Positions 18,510 through 26,298 of a stretch of DNA of 56,132 nucleotides are shown in pieces. Origin of the DNA: a virus. Taxonomy: Duplodnaviria > Caudoviricetes. The position numbers were made by a program, and so were the translations under genes. The DNA is taken from the IMG/VR virus record IMGVR_UViG_3300049491_000181, positions 1 through 56,132 of that record; one strand, given 5' to 3'. How positions within the stretch are numbered: the stretch's first letter is position 1; each line of letters begins with the position of its first letter. The notes beneath the pieces were generated by a model. The model searched no databases and was not told the DNA's origin. It saw nothing but the letters and a program-made list of their open reading frames with translations.

Positions 18510-19324
18510 TCAACTCCAGCAAAGAGGTGTGTCTGTAGTGACAGCCAGTACAGCCCGGGGTGATCCATCACGATGCGGGCTGCGTGGTTGTAATTCGAGC
18601 GCGTTCGCACGGGGTCGATGAGGGTGTCGTCCCAGATGTTCGCCACCTCACCGGGGCGCAGTTGGCGCCGGTAGACCGCCATGCCTGAAACGTAGGTGTC
18701 GAGGGCCGGCAGGTGTTCGTGCGCCCTGACCGGGCCGGGTTGGTGGTAGTTGCTGTGCGGGTTGTCTTCGACCACGTATTTCAAGCACAGCACCTCGGCC
18801 AGTTCGTGCCAATGGGCCGGAATCGCCCGGTACTTACCTAGCGTCGCCGGCACCTTGGGGCTGACGACAACCCGAATGGCCTTGTTCGGATGGGTCAGGA
18901 TATCGCGCGTAACGCCGTCTTTGAGCAGAAGTCCGTTTGTCTCGAATTGCCAAGCGAGGTCGGTGGCGTCGGCCATCATCGCACTCATGACCTCCCATTG
19001 CAGCAACGGCTCGCCGCCCGTGACAACGACCAGCACGCTGCCGTTCAACTTCTCACGTATCTCCGCCAGCACAACCTCGACACGCATCACCCGGCCGCCG
19101 TCGAAATCGAAATAGGTGTCGCACCACGGGCAATCCTCTTTGGCCCCGATGTTGCACCCGGCCAGCCGCAGGAACACGCAGCCCCCACCGGCAAGCGGTC
19201 CTTCGCCCTGAATTGTGGCGAAGATGGAGGTCACCAGCAGCTGACCGTTGCCGGCCAGTTCCCGATAATTGGCCACGCTGATGTTGCGGTCACGGTTTAG
19301 AACAATGGGGATCACGGCAACCAC
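18506..19324 (-). CDS. queE: 7-carboxy-7-deazaguanine synthase, radical SAM (272 aa)
   Basis: IFATIQGEG, FLRLAGCN...CPWCDT, VVTGGEPLLQ, FETNG, VVSPK, LSLQTH. Confidence 0.92.
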   Translation of the reverse strand: MVAVIPIVLNRDRNISVANYRELAGNGQLLVTSIFATIQGEGPLAGGGCVFLRLAGCNIGAKEDCPWCDTYFDFDGGRVMRVEVVLAEIREKLNGSVLVVVTGGEPLLQWEVMSAMMADATDLAWQFETNGLLLKDGVTRDILTHPNKAIRVVVSPKVPATLGKYRAIPAHWHELAEVLCLKYVVEDNPHSNYHQPGPVRAHEHLPALDTYVSGMAVYRRQLRPGEVANIWDDTLIDPVRTRSNYNHAARIVMDHPGLYWLSLQTHLFAGVE

Positions 19325-19800
19325 CCATGAAACCCGGCGTCAGGGTTGGTGTAGATCGCTGAATTCTTGTCATTCTCCCGGGCTTCGACCGACACCACCC
19401 AGCACCGGCCTTTCGTGCGCTGGCGCAATTCTGCGTCAGTGTACGAACAGACAGTAAGCGCAGTCCCCTCCATCCCGACACCGTTCGGCATCAACCGAAT
19501 TGCACAGGCGCCTCCCGCCTGAAGCTGCTCGAATAGGTGGAGCTTCGGGTCGTCCGGCATCAGCAGCAGAGTATGGTCAAACATGTACGCCAACCAGTCC
19601 TTCAACCAACCCAGCTGCCCGAAGTCCACGGCGAAGCCGCAGGCATCCAGGGTCTGCGCCCCGAAAATGAAGTGAAAGCTGCGAGAGTACCCATGCACCA
19701 GGGCGCAATTGCCCGTGTGCCGGTGCTGGCGATGGGCGCACGGGTAGTTGCTGAACGTCTTGGTGCTGTGAAATGGCGCACCGGGGGCTTCGTTTGTCAT
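19312..19800 (-). CDS. queD: 6-carboxy-5,6,7,8-tetrahydropterin synthase (162 aa)
   Basis: CAHRQ, CALVHGYS, VDFG, FDHTLL, EN..NSA. Confidence 0.9.
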   Translation of the reverse strand: MTNEAPGAPFHSTKTFSNYPCAHRQHRHTGNCALVHGYSRSFHFIFGAQTLDACGFAVDFGQLGWLKDWLAYMFDHTLLLMPDDPKLHLFEQLQAGGACAIRLMPNGVGMEGTALTVCSYTDAELRQRTKGRCWVVSVEARENDKNSAIYTNPDAGFHGWLP

Positions 19801-19850
19801 GGCGTGTAGGGTAGTGAGGGTGGCAGGCCGTTTGCGGCCTGTGGCGCGAT

Positions 19851-20045
19851 CTAGACCCGTTCCCGCGGTATCCAGACGCCGTAGCGGTAATAACCGGTTT
19901 CACCCCGGGCGGTGAAGATCAGCGTTTGACCACCGGAACCGGACTCAAGCCGGATCATCTTGCCGGCATACGGGCCACCGGACGCCTTCCAGGTTTCAAA
20001 CTTCACCGGGTCGCGGGACTTGCTGAAAAGGTGTTGCGTGTTCAT
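19851..20045 (-). CDS. Hypothetical protein (64 aa)
   Basis: ATGA coupling to queC. Confidence 0.5.
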   Translation of the reverse strand: MNTQHLFSKSRDPVKFETWKASGGPYAGKMIRLESGSGGQTLIFTARGETGYYRYGVWIPRERV

Positions 20046-20758
20046 GACCGCCCCCGGACCACCAACGGGTCATCCTGACCGGCCACCTTGAAACCCTCGG
20101 CCCGTAGCACGCACGCGTGACACTTGCCGCACGGCGGGAATTCCCCGGCGTAGCAGGTGTGCGTGTGGGCCATCGCCTCGGCGCCTTTGGGGTATGACAT
20201 GGCCGTCGATACCGTCTGCGCCTTTGTCAGTTGCAGTAGCGGCGTGATGATCTTCACTGCATCATCGCCGTAACGTTGGAGGCCCAACGCAACGTTAATC
20301 ATGTCCTGCATGGCGTCGATGAAGTCCGGCGTGCAGTCTGGATAATTGGCGTTATCCATCGCACAAACCCCAGTGATGATGTTGCGTGTGCCCCGGTGAA
20401 GGGCGTAGTTCGCAGCGATGGTCAGAAAGAACGGGTTGCGCAGAGGTACAAAGGTCAGTTCAACCCTTGCGCCGATTACCGCCTCCATAGAAGCGTGATC
20501 GGTGTAAGTCTCCAGCGGTGTGGCCGGATCGGTCAGCGGTGAGGTGCTGCGAAGCAGTCCAGCACATTCGACAATCTCATGGGAATCGACACCAACGATC
20601 CCGGCCACCGCAATGGCGGCATTCAACTCCGCCCGATGTCGCTGCCCGTAATCGAACGTGACCGCATGAACGGTCTTGTAAAGTTCCCGTGCCATGAGGA
20701 GGCAGGTTGTCGAGTCCTGCCCGCCCGATAGGACGACCATACAACTGTCAGTGTTCAT
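20042..20758 (-). CDS. queC: 7-cyano-7-deazaguanine (preQ0) synthase (238 aa)
   Basis: SGGQDSTT, FDYGQRH, FVPLRN, YPDC, TCY...CGKCHACVLR. Confidence 0.95.
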   Translation of the reverse strand: MNTDSCMVVLSGGQDSTTCLLMARELYKTVHAVTFDYGQRHRAELNAAIAVAGIVGVDSHEIVECAGLLRSTSPLTDPATPLETYTDHASMEAVIGARVELTFVPLRNPFFLTIAANYALHRGTRNIITGVCAMDNANYPDCTPDFIDAMQDMINVALGLQRYGDDAVKIITPLLQLTKAQTVSTAMSYPKGAEAMAHTHTCYAGEFPPCGKCHACVLRAEGFKVAGQDDPLVVRGRS

Positions 20759-20789
20759 TCTTAGCCCTTTCCAGTGGTGGCCGGGTCAA

Positions 20790-20980
20790 TTGGGGGTGAT
20801 ATGCCCCCGCGGAATTAGTCCCCGCTACTCTCTCGGGGTGGTCAAGCCGTTCCATTGCCTTTTGGCTCCAGGCTTTCTCGTGCCGCAATTACCGCCATAC
20901 AACTTGCGCCGGCGTCCTCCAGGGGTGTGGGCTTGTGCCGGAATCGTGCCGGATTAAGGGGCGGTTTGACCACCCCAAAC
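20790..20980 (-). ncRNA. Candidate structured RNA in the queC leader
   Basis: Gene-free ~240-nt gap; 15-bp arms at 20835-20849 and 20962-20976 (14/15) plus further hairpins. Confidence 0.35.
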
Positions 20981-20998
20981 CCCAACGATGAATGCCGA

Positions 20999-21649
20999 TC
21001 AGTTCGCCGCCTTGGCCTTCGAGCCCTTGGCACGGCTCGCCTTGGCCGCCGCTTTCTTCGCCACCGCAGCCTGCGCCGGGCGGGTGAAGGTCACGCCGTT
21101 GAGCTTCGCCCAATGACCGGCTTGGGTGGTCACGGTCGCCTCGCTCAGACCCTTGGCGACCATGGCCTCGATCAGTTCCTTGCGGCTGACCTTGCCGGCC
21201 TTGATCTGCTCCAGTTTCTTGTCCAGGAAAACATGAACTTGCGCCACCGGGCCGTCAGGCTTGCGGAACGTGGCTTGTGCGGTCGTCGTTGCCATGATGA
21301 GATTCTCCACTGGTTGAGGTTGCGCAGCTCCGTCTGCCGGGGCATTTGGATACTGTGCCCGGAGTATAGCCGCAAGCACGACTTTTGCCCTGCCTGAAAT
21401 CGGAATCATTCTCATAGCAGCCAGCGTGCGGGTGTACCGCTTGGCGAAGTCGAATTGCGAGAGTGTTGACTTCACCCGGTAGTATTCCCGGTCGAATTCC
21501 GCATTGGTCATGTGCAGGCACGCCAACTCACCGCCTTGGACGCCCAGAAAGTGCGTGACCTTGGGGCCGAGCGAGTAAATGCAAATGATGTTGCTATTGT
21601 AGTTTGCCCGGATCGGGTAAACGATGTCAGCAGCTGCGGCGTTGGTCAT
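20999..21649 (-). CDS. Putative DNA-binding protein with Lys/Ala-rich tail (~216 aa; probable internal start at 21295 giving 98 aa)
   Basis: RKELIEAMVAKGLSEATVTTQ helix motif; AKKAAAKAS tail; GGAGAA RBS before the internal ATG. Confidence 0.6.
   Translation of the reverse strand: MTNAAAADIVYPIRANYNSNIICIYSLGPKVTHFLGVQGGELACLHMTNAEFDREYYRVKSTLSQFDFAKRYTRTLAAMRMIPISGRAKVVLAAILRAQYPNAPADGAAQPQPVENLIMATTTAQATFRKPDGPVAQVHVFLDKKLEQIKAGKVSRKELIEAMVAKGLSEATVTTQAGHWAKLNGVTFTRPAQAAVAKKAAAKASRAKGSKAKAAN
21363..21400 (-). promoter_or_regulatory. Candidate phage-activated promoter ATTTCAGGCA-N9-TCGTGC-N7-TATACT
   Basis: Same architecture recurs at 32096-32134. Confidence 0.45.
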
Positions 21650-21651
21650 GA

Positions 21652-21984
21652 TCACGACTCCAGGTCAGCGAACAGGTATGGTTCCCACTTGTCAACGTGG
21701 GCGCGGGCTTCAGGGTTGAGGGATGAACGTTTGGCGGCAAACACGAACACGCCCCGGCGCTCGAAGTAGTCCTCGCCCATGTTGATTTGCACGGTGCGGG
21801 CCAGCGTGTTGCAGGCGTGTTCAACGCAGCCGGCGCCGTGCCAGGCGGTCTGCCCATCACGATCCAGCGTTGCGTTGAAGATGAACCGGTCACCTTGAAT
21901 GTGCAGGTCGCCCCAGGCGTAGTCGCTTGAGTGCTCCAACCGGATGGCGCAGCCGGTGATGATGCATTTGGTGCGGGTGTTCAT
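21652..21984 (-). CDS. Hypothetical protein (110 aa)
   Basis: TGATG coupling; GAGGGG RBS. Confidence 0.6.
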   Translation of the reverse strand: MNTRTKCIITGCAIRLEHSSDYAWGDLHIQGDRFIFNATLDRDGQTAWHGAGCVEHACNTLARTVQINMGEDYFERRGVFVFAAKRSSLNPEARAHVDKWEPYLFADLES

Positions 21985-22199
21985 CAGTCGCCCCTCAAAG
22001 CCATCTTGAGGGCTGCGATTTCGGCCCGCTCGGCCTTGACGATAGACCGGCCCAGGTCACCGGCCCCGCCGATCTTGCGGTGGTGTTCAAGTTGGGCCTT
22101 GAGCGCGAATTGTGAACATTCCAGGCGCCGGGCCAGTTCGGCGGGCATGAATTGCGTTTTGTAGAACTCTGACCGGACGTAGGTCGAAACGGTTTTCAT
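21984..22199 (-). CDS. Early hypothetical protein (71 aa)
   Basis: CCAGAAAG leader, downstream of a promoter. Confidence 0.6.
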   Translation of the reverse strand: MKTVSTYVRSEFYKTQFMPAELARRLECSQFALKAQLEHHRKIGGAGDLGRSIVKAERAEIAALKMALRGD

Positions 22200-22233
22200 G
22201 ATCTGTCTTTCTGGGGTTGGTTACTGTGAACAC

Positions 22234-22297
22234 AGTGTAAGGGCAAAGTGCGTAGCAGGTCAAGCGTTTGCTACGCACTTCAAACCCGCATAGGGTT
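22234..22297 (-). promoter_or_regulatory. sigma70-like early promoter (TTGACC-18-TACACT), -35 inside a 12-bp inverted repeat, with upstream operator-like site
   Basis: Arms 22246-22257 and 22269-22280; AAACCCGCATAGGGTT at 22282-22297. Confidence 0.7.
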
Positions 22298-22509
22298 CAG
22301 TCCTCCAGTTGTTCCTTCAAATCGGCGATGGCCGCCGCGGCCGTTGGCCCCCAACCGGTCGGCGGGGATTCTTCGTACATGTCAGCAACCAGGGTCGCCC
22401 GGTAATCGTACTTGCGGCACGGGACGGGCGGATAGACGAAATCGACATCGAACGACGCCGGATCGTTCAGGTCGATATCGGCGGTGTAGGTGACATTGAC
22501 TGCATTCAT
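22297..22509 (-). CDS. Early hypothetical protein (70 aa)
   Basis: AGAAAG leader; G(W)GPT...AIADL motif. Confidence 0.6.
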   Translation of the reverse strand: MNAVNVTYTADIDLNDPASFDVDFVYPPVPCRKYDYRATLVADMYEESPPTGWGPTAAAAIADLKEQLED

Positions 22510-22521
22510 GATCTTGCTTTC

Positions 22522-22716
22522 TCAGTTGATGGAATGCGCCCAGGCAAAAGCGCGTTGCTTGGCGTTCTCCCCGGCGAAAGTCATTTCGGTCACGGCCACT
22601 TCGTCGCCGGTGTCGTCATGGTCTTCCATGTCCAGCTGAAGGACGGTCCAGCGGTAGCCGTTGAAGTTGACCAAGACCCGAAAATTGCTCGGGGTGATGA
22701 TGTGTGCGATTGCCAT
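22522..22716 (-). CDS. Early hypothetical protein (64 aa)
   Basis: CAGAAAGGCAGAACATC leader. Confidence 0.6.
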   Translation of the reverse strand: MAIAHIITPSNFRVLVNFNGYRWTVLQLDMEDHDDTGDEVAVTEMTFAGENAKQRAFAWAHSIN

Positions 22717-22746
22717 GATGTTCTGCCTTTCTGTTGGTGTGCCACC

Positions 22747-22875
22747 AGTGTACTGCGTTGCTACGCAGCACACAAGCGCGCAATTGCTACTCAAAACCCG
22801 CATGCGGGTTTGGTGCGGCGCCTAGAACTTGCCGGCGCAGATCGGGCCCGCATGCGGGTTTGGCGCGGCGCCTAG
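22747..22875 (-). promoter_or_regulatory. Early promoter (-10 TACACT) with the 18-bp palindrome AAACCCGCATGCGGGTTT and a 29-bp direct repeat
   Basis: Palindrome 22794-22811; repeat copies 22797-22825 and 22847-22875 (1 mismatch). Confidence 0.65.
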
Positions 22876-23165
22876 GTCTCGTACATCCTGAACTTGATGG
22901 TGTGCCCCGGGATCGTTGCCGTGGCGATCACAATGGTCGGCGTCCCGTCTTCGTGCGGTGGTGCCTGTTCCGACAACTCCCCCAGGGGGTTCGGGATGCT
23001 CCATGTGATTTCCCACGGTGCCACGATCCTGCCGACGATCACCGACACCACCCGGGCGGTCAACGGGTGCGGGCGTTCGATGGGGGCTCCGTCTTCGTCA
23101 GACGGAAAGATCACATCCGCCTCGAAACAGGTGAGCGGAGTTGCGTTGTAATGCACGGCGGTCAT
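22872..23165 (-). CDS. Hypothetical protein (97 aa)
   Basis: ATGA coupling. Confidence 0.45.
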   Translation of the reverse strand: MTAVHYNATPLTCFEADVIFPSDEDGAPIERPHPLTARVVSVIVGRIVAPWEITWSIPNPLGELSEQAPPHEDGTPTIVIATATIPGHTIKFRMYET

Positions 23166-23335
23166 TGTGCCGCCTTTGCAACTTCGTAGGCTTCTTCGGC
23201 CGCGTCGCGTTCGGCGCACAGTGCGTCGAATTCGGTGAGCGACACGGACGGGTCGCACTTCCCGTCGCGGACGGCGTAATTGGCCTCTTTGTAGCGGTCA
23301 AATGCGATGGCGAGGGTTAGTTCGGACTGGGTCAT
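23162..23335 (-). CDS. Early hypothetical protein (57 aa)
   Basis: CAGAAAGGCAGAACATC leader. Confidence 0.6.
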   Translation of the reverse strand: MTQSELTLAIAFDRYKEANYAVRDGKCDPSVSLTEFDALCAERDAAEEAYEVAKAAQ

Positions 23336-23365
23336 GATGTTCTGCCTTTCTGTTGGTGTGACACC

Positions 23366-23429
23366 AGTGTAAACGCAAAGTGCGTAGGACCGCAAGCAAT
23401 TCCTACGCACTTCAAACCCGCATAGGGTT
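23366..23429 (-). promoter_or_regulatory. Early promoter (TTGCGG-18-TACACT), -35 inside a 12-bp inverted repeat
   Basis: Near-duplicate of the 22234-22297 unit; arms 23378-23389 and 23401-23412. Confidence 0.7.
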
Positions 23430-23430
23430 C

Positions 23431-23447
23431 AGGGGCCGAAGCCCCTT
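23431..23447 (-). terminator. UUCG-loop hairpin after DUF932 (weak terminator or stabiliser)
   Basis: AGGGGCTTCGGCCCCT on the minus strand; no U tract. Confidence 0.45.
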
Positions 23448-23451
23448 GCGG

Positions 23452-24279
23452 TTACGCCAGTTCGAGAACCTTGGCGCCTAGCGTCCAGAGGTTCAGGTTG
23501 AAGTCGATGTCCTTCGCAATCGAGTTCAGCGGGCGAGCCTTGACGTTCCGACCGGCTGCGTCCTTCGCTTCGTACCCGCCACGCACCGCGTTCTCTTGGA
23601 TGCGGTTCAGCACGACCCAGAGAGAGTCGCCCTCATCTTCGGCACGACGAGCGGCCAGCAGCGGGGCAACGTGGTCTTCACGCTCCTCGCCCCACTTCAG
23701 CACGGTAACAGCCTTGGCGAAGTCGCGTTGCATGGCCTTGGACAGAATCTTTGCGGTCATGGCCTCGATCTGCGGGGTGACTACGGTTTCGGTCACTTCG
23801 CGGATGTACTGGACACCTTCGAGAATGTGGTCGTGGATGTTGGCGTCTGAGTGCAGGACACGCAGCCCGGACAACGCGGCGACCGACACCGCCATGCCGT
23901 TGGAACAGACCAGACGCTCAAGGCCGGCGCCCAGGTGGAAGGCCGATGTGCGATTATGGGCATTCTGGATGATCACTTGCGGGACCACATCACCCACGTT
24001 GCGACGCGACGAGTCGAGGTAGTCCGTGTGCATCATGCGGACCACATGGCGGGTGTACGAACCATCAGAGGTCCGTGCCACGGCTTGCCCGGCCTTCACG
24101 GCTTCGTAGCCGGCGAGCCGCATCGTCTTCAGCACTTCGTGCGTGTTCACGAATTGGTAGCGGTCCGACATGCCGGGGGCGGCGTGCGTGGCAAACAGGG
24201 AGGGGGCTGCGCGGCGCAGGTCGGCGTCGGTCATGTAGCCTGCCAGGGAACCAACTGTGCGAATGTTTCCGGTGTTCAT
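23452..24279 (-). CDS. DUF932 family protein (275 aa)
   Basis: APSLFA, SDRYQFVNT, YTRHVVR, NAHNRTSAF.L.AGL.RLVCSNG, RRAED...LW..LNRIQEN. Confidence 0.85.
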   Translation of the reverse strand: MNTGNIRTVGSLAGYMTDADLRRAAPSLFATHAAPGMSDRYQFVNTHEVLKTMRLAGYEAVKAGQAVARTSDGSYTRHVVRMMHTDYLDSSRRNVGDVVPQVIIQNAHNRTSAFHLGAGLERLVCSNGMAVSVAALSGLRVLHSDANIHDHILEGVQYIREVTETVVTPQIEAMTAKILSKAMQRDFAKAVTVLKWGEEREDHVAPLLAARRAEDEGDSLWVVLNRIQENAVRGGYEAKDAAGRNVKARPLNSIAKDIDFNLNLWTLGAKVLELA

Positions 24280-24334
24280 GATCTACCTTTCTGGGGTGGT
24301 TGAGGTTGCGTCGGTTTTGCTAACCGACAGAGTC

Positions 24335-24378
24335 ATTGTGTCGCGTGTTGCTACGCGAGTCAAGCGATATGCGGGTTT
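24335..24378 (-). promoter_or_regulatory. Early promoter TTGACT-17-CACAAT with an operator half-site
   Basis: Near-consensus hexamers; AAACCCGCAT just upstream of -35. Confidence 0.7.
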
Positions 24379-24388
24379 TTAGTTCAAG

Positions 24389-24667
24389 TTACGCAACAAC
24401 CTCCAGCAGTTCAGCGTCGGCAAACATCATCTCCGCCGTGCTGAAGCTGGCGCCTACGAATCGGGCGCAGCGGAGGTCGGCATTCAGCCGGTGTGTCGCT
24501 GCCTGCGGCCCCTCGGCCCATTCTTCCACCCGGACCGGTTGCCCGTCTTCGGTGAATGTGCATGTGTGGCGTGTCCGACCATCAAAGGTCAGCTGCGCTT
24601 CACGGGTGCCCTCGGCTACGGTCAGCGTGTAGGAGCCGTCCGGGTGTGTGCTTACGTTGATGTTCAT
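24389..24667 (-). CDS. Hypothetical protein (92 aa)
   Basis: GAGG RBS. Confidence 0.55.
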   Translation of the reverse strand: MNINVSTHPDGSYTLTVAEGTREAQLTFDGRTRHTCTFTEDGQPVRVEEWAEGPQAATHRLNADLRCARFVGASFSTAEMMFADAELLEVVA

Positions 24668-24879
24668 GGTTGCCTCGGCAAGTGCGATGCCGGATATATA
24701 ACACGATTGGCGGCCACCGACATGCGTAATTTGTGGTTGAGGCACTTGACTTCATTGATCGCCGCCCACCATCGAGCGGCGTTGACTGCGGTGCCATCAC
24801 TGGTGACCCGCCAACGCCCTTTCTTGAAGTAGAAGCGGATCATCTTAAACCTCCACCATCGAACCGTCAGCATTCAGGA

Positions 24880-25095
24880 TCACGCCACCATCGGCGGGTG
24901 GAGGCAGCTGCCGTTGACCCCGCCACGCACCACCAGCAGCGTGTGCCCGGCAATGTGGGCAAAGGCGGCTTGGTTCAGTTCGACAACATCGCCGGCATGC
25001 AACACCAGGATGGCGATGACGGTGCGCAGAAAGTCAACATCGTTTTCCATCGACGCGACCGGATCGACGTGTGTGCGTTCAATGTCCATGCTCAT
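24880..25095 (-). CDS. Hypothetical protein (71 aa)
   Basis: ATGA coupling. Confidence 0.45.
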   Translation of the reverse strand: MSMDIERTHVDPVASMENDVDFLRTVIAILVLHAGDVVELNQAAFAHIAGHTLLVVRGGVNGSCLHPPMVA

Positions 25096-25277
25096 TCTTC
25101 AGGGTGAACGCCACCATTGGCGACGAACAAATCGTAATCCTCGAACAGCTCGGCAAGGGTGTCGAACATCGACCAGCACCCGACCCCCTCCATGTGCTCG
25201 AATTCGCTGATGTACGTCGCCACGGCCTCGTGGCCGTGCTTCGCTATCAGGTGTTGGTGTGCGGTTTCCCTATCCAT
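25092..25277 (-). CDS. Small acidic protein (61 aa)
   Basis: Operon position; Asp/Glu-rich. Confidence 0.55.
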   Translation of the reverse strand: MDRETAHQHLIAKHGHEAVATYISEFEHMEGVGCWSMFDTLAELFEDYDLFVANGGVHPEE

Positions 25278-25279
25278 GA

Positions 25280-25813
25280 TCAGTCAAGGGTGATCGTGCC
25301 GCTGCGAATCTTCTGAAATTGCGTGCTGATTGTCGCGTCGGAGATTTCCACGTTCAGGGCGTGGAACACGACGAACATGTCACGGCGTTGCAGTTGCGCA
25401 CCGGTCGAAGACTCCCAGGCGGTTGCGATGCGGACCAAACGCACCTTGGCCTCGGTCATGTTCGCCTTCACGAACGCCGTCGCTTCGGTGATGGTTTCCG
25501 GGGCAGTGATCACGCGCTTCGTGAACTTCTCTTTCTTGCCCAGAGTCACCCGGTTGCGGTTCGTCGCCTTGATTTCCTTGGCGATGTCGGACAGGGTCTT
25601 GGCGGGCATGAACGACACCAGAGCGGCGTACCCTGGCAGGATGGTCGAGACATCGAGCTTACCATCGGTGGCCAGCTTGACAACGTCAGCTTCGGTGCGG
25701 ACGGTACCGCCGCGGCGGGCGGCTTCGGCCCGTGCTTCGGTGCGGTTGGTGTTCGTGCCGAAGATGCGAACCAGTTCGCCGGCGGCGGTCTTGGAGGTGA
25801 TGAAGTGTGCCAT
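25280..25813 (-). CDS. Early protein with C-terminal putative DNA-binding helix motif (177 aa)
   Basis: Biased codon use; RRDMF......ISDATISTQF resembles the 20999 gene product. Confidence 0.7.
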   Translation of the reverse strand: MAHFITSKTAAGELVRIFGTNTNRTEARAEAARRGGTVRTEADVVKLATDGKLDVSTILPGYAALVSFMPAKTLSDIAKEIKATNRNRVTLGKKEKFTKRVITAPETITEATAFVKANMTEAKVRLVRIATAWESSTGAQLQRRDMFVVFHALNVEISDATISTQFQKIRSGTITLD

Positions 25814-25861
25814 GTGATTTCTCGCTTTCTGGGTTGTCGGTCACCACTGACCGATGCGTTC

Positions 25862-25925
25862 ATTGTGTTGCAGTTCTGCTTAGGAGTCAACAACTTTTCG
25901 CAACTCAAAACCCGCATGCGGGTTT
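25862..25925 (-). promoter_or_regulatory. Early promoter TTGACT-17-CACAAT with upstream palindrome AAACCCGCATGCGGGTTT
   Basis: Palindrome at 25908-25925. Confidence 0.7.
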
Positions 25926-25927
25926 GG

Positions 25928-26125
25928 TCACGCCACCATCACGAACACGGCGCCTAGTTCGGGCGCATCATCGTTGTCCGGGGTCCGTCCCCGGACAACG
26001 ATCTTGGCGAGGTGGCATTCATCGAACTCGTGATTCAAAGCACCGACCTCGATGTCACCGTGAACGGCCAGGATCGTTGCCAGGCACTTCATTACTTCGG
26101 TGATGGTCACGATCACCCCCGCCAC
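25928..26125 (-). CDS. Hypothetical protein (65 aa)
   Basis: Operon position. Confidence 0.45.
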   Translation of the reverse strand: MAGVIVTITEVMKCLATILAVHGDIEVGALNHEFDECHLAKIVVRGRTPDNDDAPELGAVFVMVA

Positions 26126-26298
26126 GCGAGCATCACGCCCAGGCTCGCCACAACGCCCAGGAACAGCGCCCAGGACAACGCCCTATGCAAACCATGCCGG
26201 TCGCGCCAGCTGCGCCTGTAGGGGCCGAATAACGCCGAGAAACGCTCCACGCTGAAGGCTTCCCGGGTGCTGCGATACGAACCGTCATAGTGCCTCAC
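26113..26298 (-). CDS. Small membrane protein (61 aa)
   Basis: RSTREAF motif and C-terminal TM helix. Confidence 0.55.
   Translation of the reverse strand: MRHYDGSYRSTREAFSVERFSALFGPYRRSWRDRHGLHRALSWALFLGVVASLGVMLAWRG

Noticed and set aside
20759-20998. Canonical preQ1-I riboswitch or tRNA
   Set aside because: Lacks the short stem with A-rich 3' tail of preQ1-I and any cloverleaf or T-loop signature; kept only as an unknown RNA candidate
22200-26000. Repeats as a CRISPR array
   Set aside because: Spacing is irregular (50 bp to over 1 kb), copies are separated by genes and tied to promoters, and no cas genes are present
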